A stretch of 64,000 bases of DNA. Source: an uncultured delta proteobacterium (GTDB taxonomy: Bacteria > Desulfobacterota > Binatia > Binatales > Binataceae). The position numbers were made by a program, and so were the translations under genes. The DNA lies in contig CAWJET010000001.1 in assembly GCA_963842085.1 (NCBI GenBank), forward strand, positions 704,001 through 768,000. Direction: 5' to 3'. This document shows positions 57,552-64,000 of this stretch, piece after piece. A model generated the notes under the pieces. It saw only the letters and a list, made by a program, of their open reading frames with translations, had not been told where the DNA came from and ran no database searches. Position 1 is the first letter of the stretch, and each line of letters starts with the position of its first letter.

Positions 57552-58690
57552 AGATGATTCCGGGCCGCATACTGGCGGCGGTTCTGATAGCAGGGGCGGT
57601 AACTGGATGCTCGCGTGCGCATAACGATGCGACGCCCGATTTGCGACGCACGGTAGTAGTAGTTCAGCCGCAGCGCGGCGATATTACCCGCTCGATCACG
57701 TTGCCCGGAGATTTGGTCGGTTTTTATCAATCGACCCTCTACGCAAAGGTCACTGGCTATTTGAAGAGTATCTCGGTCGATAAGGGCGACTGGGTAAAGA
57801 AGGGGCAGGCGCTCGCCCAAATCGAGGTTCCCGAACTCCAGCAGAAACTCGCGCGCGCCAAGGCCGATATGGAAGTCCAGCACCTCACCTATCAGCGGCT
57901 CGCGCAGGTCTGGAAGAGCGATCCGCGGCTGGTCGCGCGCCAGGACGTCGATATTGCGCAGGGCAAGTACCTCGAAGCGAAAGCGGATGTGGACGAGCTC
58001 GAGGCGATGGTCTCGTACACTGAAATCATCGCGCCGTTCGACGGTGTCATCACCGGCCGTTTCGTCGATCCGGGCGCGCTGATCAAGGCCGGCGGAGAGC
58101 AGACCACCTCCACTCCTGAGCAGGGCTCCGCGCATCCCAGCAACGGCTCGTCGCCGGTTGTGAGTCTCGCGCTGATCGACACGATGCGCACCTATGTGTA
58201 CGTGCCGCAGGACGGGGTCGCAGCGATCAGGCGCGGCATGCCCGCCAGGCTGACGCTGCAGGATCTGCCGGGACGCACGTTCGAGGGCACTGTCGCGCGC
58301 TACGCCAACTCGCTCGACCTGGGAACGCGCACCATGCTCACTGAGATCGATCTGAAGAACCCCCGGCATGAGCTCTACCCCGGGATGTACGCGAACGTCA
58401 CGCTCGAACTCGAGCGGCATCGCGACGCGCTCAAGCTGCCCGAGTCGGCCATCGGCGATTCGTCCGACGGAAAATACGTAATGATCGCGCAAGACGGGAA
58501 GCTGCGGAAACAGGACATAACCGTCGGCATCAACACCGGCAAAAAGGTCGAGATAATCAGCGGTCTCAGCGGCGGAGAAGCGGTAGTGGCTACTCTCGAT
58601 CCTTCGATAGTTCCGGACGAAGTAGTCAATGTCGTACAGCAGAAACCCCAGACCGATGAACGATCGAACATCGTTGCAGAAACCCACTGA
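57548..58690 (+). CDS. RND periplasmic adaptor (MFP)
   Basis: Lipobox VTGC, VDKGDWVKKGQ, APFDGVI, YPGMY; ATGA coupling. Confidence 0.93.
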   Translation: MKMIPGRILAAVLIAGAVTGCSRAHNDATPDLRRTVVVVQPQRGDITRSITLPGDLVGFYQSTLYAKVTGYLKSISVDKGDWVKKGQALAQIEVPELQQKLARAKADMEVQHLTYQRLAQVWKSDPRLVARQDVDIAQGKYLEAKADVDELEAMVSYTEIIAPFDGVITGRFVDPGALIKAGGEQTTSTPEQGSAHPSNGSSPVVSLALIDTMRTYVYVPQDGVAAIRRGMPARLTLQDLPGRTFEGTVARYANSLDLGTRTMLTEIDLKNPRHELYPGMYANVTLELERHRDALKLPESAIGDSSDGKYVMIAQDGKLRKQDITVGINTGKKVEIISGLSGGEAVVATLDPSIVPDEVVNVVQQKPQTDERSNIVAETH

Positions 58691-58706
58691 GTATCGGAGC
58701 AATAGT

Positions 58707-60104
58707 ATGTGGAAATCGATTATCCGGTCTGCAGTTGTGTTCGCAGGCTGCCTACTGACTATAGCCACTCCGCGTTTCGCCGAAGCGCTCGAAACCTTGC
58801 AACCCGGCGAGAAACTCACACTCGAGCGCGCAATCGAGCTGACGCTGCACAACCATCCGCGCGGACTCGAGATGAAATCCGAGGCTGCTGCCGCGGGCGA
58901 GCGCGTGGGAGAGGCGCGCGCAGCGCTGCTTCCGCAGCTGTACGGCGGCGCCGAATACCTGCGCTCCACGGACAATCCGATTGGAAACACCACCTATCTC
59001 AATCCGGGGTTCATTCCGCGCATCACCGGCACGCTGCACGGTGCACCGACGAATGCGGCGCAAAGCTTTTCGACCTCGACCACCGACAACTATCTTGGAG
59101 GAGTAGCGGTGCAGCAGTACCTATTCGACTTCGGACGCGTTCGCGGCCGAATCGAGCAGCGCGACGAAGAGGCACACGCGGCCCGGTTTCAGTCGCAGGC
59201 AACGGAAATCGATCTCATATTCGAGGCGGCTCAACGCTACTTCGCGTTGTTGGCGGCCGGGCAAAAGGTAAAGGTCTATCAGAAGGCGATCGAGCAGCGC
59301 TCCGAGCAGCTCCATGCCGCGCAGGTCAAAGCCAGCGCCAACCTCACTCCCCAGATCGATGTACTCACGGCGCAGGCCGCACTGACGCGTGCGCAAACAG
59401 ATCTGCTGGAGGCCTCCGACCAGCAGGACATCGCCAGGGTGGCGCTCAACAACACGATGGCGATAAGCCGCAACGCACCGAACTACGAGCTGGCCGACGT
59501 GCTCACGTACAAGCCGGTTTCAGGAAACCTCGAATCATACTTCACTTCCGCAATCGCTCTGCGTCCGGACCTGCGCGCGCTCGAAGCCGAAGCGCGGGCG
59601 GCTGGTGCGCAAATCGAGCAGGCGCGCAGCGATTACTTTCCCTCGGTCGGAGCAACGGCCGGATACAGCGCGATGGGCACGGGCCTGCCGGCCGCGAATA
59701 ACTTCAACGCGGGAATAGTTGTGATCTGGCCGATCTTCAATGGCTTCGCGACGCAACATCAGGTCGAGGAAGCAAAGGCCACCCAGAACGCCATCCGCTA
59801 CTCGATCGAAGACCTGGAGCTGCGCGTCTGGCTCGACGTAAAGAGCTCGTACCTCGAGCTGCAGACCGCGGTGCAGCGAATCCATCAGGCAGAAGCAACG
59901 CTGGCCGCGTCTTCGGGGCAGCTCGAACTGGCCGACAAGCGCTACAATGCGGGTCTCGGCAATATCATCGAGCTCACCGACGCCGAGCGCTTTTATATCC
60001 AGGACGATGCGGCCTACGTCGACGCGCTGTACGCATACTCGGTGGCAAAAGCGACCCTCGATCGTGTTACCGGCGCGTCGCTCCAGGAGGTTCCCGACAA
60101 ATGA
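58707..60104 (+). CDS. TolC family outer-membrane protein
   Basis: LTLERAI, LFDFG, RPDL, RYNAG. Confidence 0.93.
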   Translation: MWKSIIRSAVVFAGCLLTIATPRFAEALETLQPGEKLTLERAIELTLHNHPRGLEMKSEAAAAGERVGEARAALLPQLYGGAEYLRSTDNPIGNTTYLNPGFIPRITGTLHGAPTNAAQSFSTSTTDNYLGGVAVQQYLFDFGRVRGRIEQRDEEAHAARFQSQATEIDLIFEAAQRYFALLAAGQKVKVYQKAIEQRSEQLHAAQVKASANLTPQIDVLTAQAALTRAQTDLLEASDQQDIARVALNNTMAISRNAPNYELADVLTYKPVSGNLESYFTSAIALRPDLRALEAEARAAGAQIEQARSDYFPSVGATAGYSAMGTGLPAANNFNAGIVVIWPIFNGFATQHQVEEAKATQNAIRYSIEDLELRVWLDVKSSYLELQTAVQRIHQAEATLAASSGQLELADKRYNAGLGNIIELTDAERFYIQDDAAYVDALYAYSVAKATLDRVTGASLQEVPDK

Positions 60105-60310
60105 TTACTGAGCTGATTTTGAGATGACGTTCCGTAGCAAAGAAGATCTATTGCGGCCTTTTATGATCTGGTGTTGCGCGACACTCGGCCACCTTTGCGC
60201 GCGAGTGTGAAAGACGCGGCGGTTCAACATCGATCGCTGGCGTGGAAGTCAATTGAAGAGTTGCACGTGAGCATGGCGCCGAAGTAAAGCAACAGACGGA
60301 GCCGCGCCAG

Positions 60311-61018
60311 ATGACAGAAAATTTCCTGGTCGAGAAGGACGGTCCGATCACGACGATCACCTTCAATCGGCCCGAGCGCCGCAATTGCCTCGACGAAAAC
60401 GTTATCCTTGACTTCGAGCGCCATCTGCATGCCGTCCGCGATGATCGCGAATGCGGCGTGCTCATCGTCACCGGCACAGGCACCGCCTTCTGCGCCGGCG
60501 CGGACAATGCGATGTTCAGGTCTCCGCCCGGCGCCGCCGTCGATCCCGCCGAGCGTCGCCGCCGCATGGGCGAGTTCGGCAAACGATGGCCGCGACTGAT
60601 AGGCCGTGCGTTCGACGTGCTCGCCCATCTCGATCAGATCACGGTTGGCGCAATCAACGGCTACGCGGTCGGCGGCGGATGGTCATTCGCGCTCGCATTT
60701 GATTTTGCGATCGCCGTCGAGGGTGCGGAGTTCTGGGTACCGGAAGTGGATCTCGACGTCCCGTATCGCGGCGCTCCCGCCAGCGTGCTCGCCGCCCGGC
60801 TCGGACCGTGGCGTGCGAAGGAAGCGATCCTGATGTGCCGCCATTACAAGGCCGAGGAATTGCTCGCTATGGGCGCGCTCAACCGCGTCGTCACACGCGA
60901 CGCACTGATGCCGGCCGCGCGGGAGCTCGCGAAAACGATGGCGGCGAAATCGCGCGACGCGCTCGCCGCCTCGAAGCGCGACATCAACGCCGTGTTCTTC
61001 GGCCCGCGCGCGTTCTAG
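60311..61018 (+). CDS. Enoyl-CoA hydratase/isomerase family protein
   Basis: FNRPERRN, FCAGAD, NGYAVGGG, PEV. Confidence 0.88.
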   Translation: MTENFLVEKDGPITTITFNRPERRNCLDENVILDFERHLHAVRDDRECGVLIVTGTGTAFCAGADNAMFRSPPGAAVDPAERRRRMGEFGKRWPRLIGRAFDVLAHLDQITVGAINGYAVGGGWSFALAFDFAIAVEGAEFWVPEVDLDVPYRGAPASVLAARLGPWRAKEAILMCRHYKAEELLAMGALNRVVTRDALMPAARELAKTMAAKSRDALAASKRDINAVFFGPRAF

Positions 61019-61021
61019 AGA

Positions 61022-61666
61022 TCAGTAATCGCGCAGCATCCGCATGAAGCCGGGTGCCTCGAGCGCCGCCTCAAAGTCGCGATAGCGCTTCTCTTCGGTG
61101 ACGCTGAATCCCGCTTTTTCGTACGCGCGTTGCGCCGCGACGTTGCCGATTAGAAGGGTAAGTTGCGCGATGCGATGGCCGCGCGCGCGGCCGATATCCA
61201 GAATCTCGGCCATCAGCGAATCGGCCAAGCCTCGGCGGCGGAACTCAGGCATCGTCGCGACCGACTCGACTACCCATGCGCCCTCGAGCGCGTCGAACGT
61301 GCATTGCCATACCGGAGCGGTTCGTTCGGCCGACGCTTTCTCGTCCGCCCGAGTCCAGCCTTTCTGCCGTTGGACGCTTTTCATCGCCTCCGCCAGCAGT
61401 TGCCATCCACCCGCGCGCGGGTCGAAGCCGCACAGCGCCGCGGCTGGACAGCCATCATGCTCGGCAACGATGAAACTCGAGTAGTGGCATAGCGACACGG
61501 GCTCCGTGAGCGCGAGCCGCCGCAAGTAGTCAAGGCAGTCGTTCTCGGAACCGCCGGCAATCAGGTCCCACACTCCCCGGCGCAGATGTCCCCGCGACGC
61601 GAGCATCATCACTCGCGCGAGGAACTCTGCGTCATCCGCCCTGCCGCGACGAACTTTTGCACTCAT
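61022..61666 (-). CDS. GNAT family acetyltransferase
   Basis: VATMPEFRRRGLA, NVAAQRAYEKAGF. Confidence 0.88.
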   Translation of the reverse strand: MSAKVRRGRADDAEFLARVMMLASRGHLRRGVWDLIAGGSENDCLDYLRRLALTEPVSLCHYSSFIVAEHDGCPAAALCGFDPRAGGWQLLAEAMKSVQRQKGWTRADEKASAERTAPVWQCTFDALEGAWVVESVATMPEFRRRGLADSLMAEILDIGRARGHRIAQLTLLIGNVAAQRAYEKAGFSVTEEKRYRDFEAALEAPGFMRMLRDY

Positions 61667-61826
61667 TGCTCCGATGGCATCGCGCGCCACTCGCGATTCT
61701 AGGATTTCATCCAGTCGCGCGCCAACGTCGCACCCCTGCATACCGTTCCGCGCGTTCCTTGTTTGAGGCACGCTTATCGGCTAAGTCCAAATCACCCAGA
61801 CGTATTCTCGCAGTGAGGAAATTCAG

Positions 61827-62852
61827 ATGGCAGAGTTGAAGAATCGGCAATGGCTGCTGGCGGCGCGTCCGACTGGAATGATCAAGGAGAGTGATTTCCG
61901 ATGGAACGAAACGATCGTCCCCGCGCTGAACGATGGCCAGGTCCTGGTGCGCAACCTCGCCTTCTCATTCGATCCCACGCAGCGCGGCTGGATGTCGAGG
62001 GACACCTACATGCCGGCGATTCCGCTCGGCCAGACGATGAAGGCAGGCACAGTGGGTCAGGTGGTCGATTCCCTGCGTCCCGGATTTGCCAAGGGCGATC
62101 TGGTGCAGGGGCTCTTCGGATGGGAGGACTACACGGTCAACGGCGGCGAGGGCTTGTTGGGACTGCAGAAGCTGCCGCGCGGCACCGACCCTATCCTGGC
62201 GCTGTCGCTGCTCGGAACGACCGGCCTCACGGCCTACTTCGGCACGCTCGCGGTCGGCCAGGCAAAGGCCGGCGACACGTTCGTAGTCTCGGGCGCAGCG
62301 GGCGCAACCGGTTCCGTGTCCGGGATGATAGCCAAGATCAAGGGATGCCGCGTAGTTGGTATCGCCGGAGGACTCCAGAAGTGCGAATGGCTATTGAAAG
62401 AGGCAGGCTTCGACGCCGCGATTGACTATAAGAATGAGAATGTAGGTCAGGCGCTGACTAGGCACTGCCCCAAGGGCATTGACGTGTATTTCGACAACGT
62501 CGGCGGCGAGATCCTCGATCACGCGCTCGCGCGACTGGCCAACGGCGCGCGCGTCGTGCTGTGCGGCGCAATTTCGCAGTACAACGACCTCGGCACGAAA
62601 CTGCCGACCGGCCCGCGCAACTATTTCAACCTGATAATGCGCGGCGCGCGAATGGAAGGCTTCCTGGTGTTCCAATTCGCCAAGCGCTACCCCGAAGCGA
62701 TAGCCGAGATGTCGAAGTGGTACGCGGAAGGCAAGCTCAAGAACCAGGTCGATCTGCAGCACGGACTCGAGAACGCGCCAAAGACGATCATCCGCCTCTT
62801 CACCGGCGCAAACTTCGGCAAGCAGTTGCTGAAGCTTGCCGACCCGCAGTAG
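61827..62852 (+). CDS. NADP-dependent alkenal reductase/MDR oxidoreductase
   Basis: DPTQRGWM, VSGAAGATG, YFDNVGG, CGAISQY, NFGKQL. Confidence 0.93.
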   Translation: MAELKNRQWLLAARPTGMIKESDFRWNETIVPALNDGQVLVRNLAFSFDPTQRGWMSRDTYMPAIPLGQTMKAGTVGQVVDSLRPGFAKGDLVQGLFGWEDYTVNGGEGLLGLQKLPRGTDPILALSLLGTTGLTAYFGTLAVGQAKAGDTFVVSGAAGATGSVSGMIAKIKGCRVVGIAGGLQKCEWLLKEAGFDAAIDYKNENVGQALTRHCPKGIDVYFDNVGGEILDHALARLANGARVVLCGAISQYNDLGTKLPTGPRNYFNLIMRGARMEGFLVFQFAKRYPEAIAEMSKWYAEGKLKNQVDLQHGLENAPKTIIRLFTGANFGKQLLKLADPQ

Positions 62853-62909
62853 TGAGCGAGTGTCGAATGTTGTTCCGGAACGCGCATGCTTCCATAGCCA
62901 CCCTTCGTA

Positions 62910-64000
62910 CTATCTCAGAAACGCGTGGAATTCGTTAGGCACTTTTATTTCCGACGTTTTCCGTCTGCCGTTGACTGCGTTATAGGAAACCAGCCGTTTG
63001 TCTTCGACGAGCAGAATCTCTTGGTCGTTGACCCAGCCCACCAGCCCGGCGTGCGGAATGGTGGCTGTTCGCTTGGGAGAATCGTCCAGTCTTAAGACTT
63101 CGACAGTGGGCAGTTGTGCGAGCGACCGCTTGATTCGAGAAAGCTGCTCGGCGTTGACCTCGCCTGAGTCCGAAAGACGAAGCTCGGCGCCGGGTTCGCT
63201 CGTAGCGGTCACTGTCAAGGCAGCCAGAGTAGAGTCAGGAGACAGTTTGGCATTGGCAGTGAAGAAGCTGACGTCGTAATCGCGATTGTGGTACTGCTGG
63301 AACTCGTCAAACAGGAGCAGCGTCTTCCCGTTCTTCGTCAGCAACGTTTGGTCGTCGCTCTCGTTAACCCAGCCGCAGCAGCCGCTGTCGGGAATAGCCT
63401 CGATCAACGCGATTCCGCGGCCGTCCGATGAGGAATCCAGAACTCGCTGCACTGCGCGAGGAAGTGCGGTTTCGGACCAACCGCCGGCGGAGGTGCGATA
63501 TAGGAAGCTTGCCTGATATCGAGGTTGAATCTGTCCCGGTATCCAGTTGGTGACGATGAAGTGATCGTCGAAACCACTATCTGGAAGCCAGTAGCTGGCT
63601 TCGGGGCAAGTCTCCGAGCAAACGGCGGTTTCGCACTTGCAGGGCGGAAAAGTGTTAGTTGCGATGTCTTCCCTGTGTTGCTCCGACAAGTCTGTTTGCC
63701 ACGCGCGGAAGATTGTCTGGGTCGAGATATCCTGCGCCAGGTCCGGTGTCTGCAAAGTCCTGCGGAGGTTTTCAAACCAGAAAAGATGGGCGCCATCCGC
63801 CGCGAGAAAACATCGGGGTATCGCCGACGAGACGAGCACATTTACTCCGTTCCGGGCATGGCTATTGACAATTGGGCGGTTCAGAAACTTCGCCGATGAC
63901 CCGTCCCAGAACCACACCTTGGGCGCGGACAACTCGTGAACGAAGCCGTCGGGTTCTCGAACAGTGGTCTGCAGAAACAGCATCTGCCCTTTACCGTTTA
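62910..64000 (-). CDS. Hypothetical protein, probably partial at the window edge
   Basis: ORF of more than 357 aa, open to the edge; Cys clusters CKCETAVCSETC and GCCG. Confidence 0.6.
   Translation of the reverse strand, partial: NGKGQMLFLQTTVREPDGFVHELSAPKVWFWDGSSAKFLNRPIVNSHARNGVNVLVSSAIPRCFLAADGAHLFWFENLRRTLQTPDLAQDISTQTIFRAWQTDLSEQHREDIATNTFPPCKCETAVCSETCPEASYWLPDSGFDDHFIVTNWIPGQIQPRYQASFLYRTSAGGWSETALPRAVQRVLDSSSDGRGIALIEAIPDSGCCGWVNESDDQTLLTKNGKTLLLFDEFQQYHNRDYDVSFFTANAKLSPDSTLAALTVTATSEPGAELRLSDSGEVNAEQLSRIKRSLAQLPTVEVLRLDDSPKRTATIPHAGLVGWVNDQEILLVEDKRLVSYNAVNGRRKTSEIKVPNEFHAFLR

Noticed and set aside
55818-58993. Long antisense ORFs (407 aa, 490 aa; similarly 21757-22974 and alternative-frame ORFs such as 3495-4682)
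   Set aside because: Shadow ORFs of well-supported genes in GC-rich DNA with no motifs

Overview
GC-rich bacterial window. Gene content suggests a Gram-negative soil lineage such as Ca. Binatota; this taxonomy is a guess. Left to right: (1) a heme-copper oxidase operon (II-I-III-IV-III, CxxC membrane protein, cupredoxin, secreted protein) whose A1-type subunit I has lost the K-channel residues; (2) a patchwork of catabolic genes (arylsulfatase, CoA enzymes, SDR, NnrS, fucosidase, LLM oxidoreductase, CocE/NonD) with many gene and IS relics; (3) a decaying photolyase/YbgA/YbjT block plus glgP and a phosphoketolase cut by an IS3; (4) a genomic island at tRNA-Ser(GCU) that encodes its own sigma54 activator, with a -24/-12 promoter and enhancer-like palindrome upstream of xis-int and a second such promoter with no downstream gene; (5) two tandem selenoprotein genes missed by the ORF track (PrdB/GrdB-like UxxD and rhodanese, each with an in-frame TGA plus SECIS-like hairpin) converging on a sulfite oxidase/cytochrome c/YeiH/ArsR/persulfide dioxygenase cluster; (6) a porin-like gene, an RND-MFP-TolC pump and housekeeping enzymes. 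All calls are by eye from motifs; no database searches were run.
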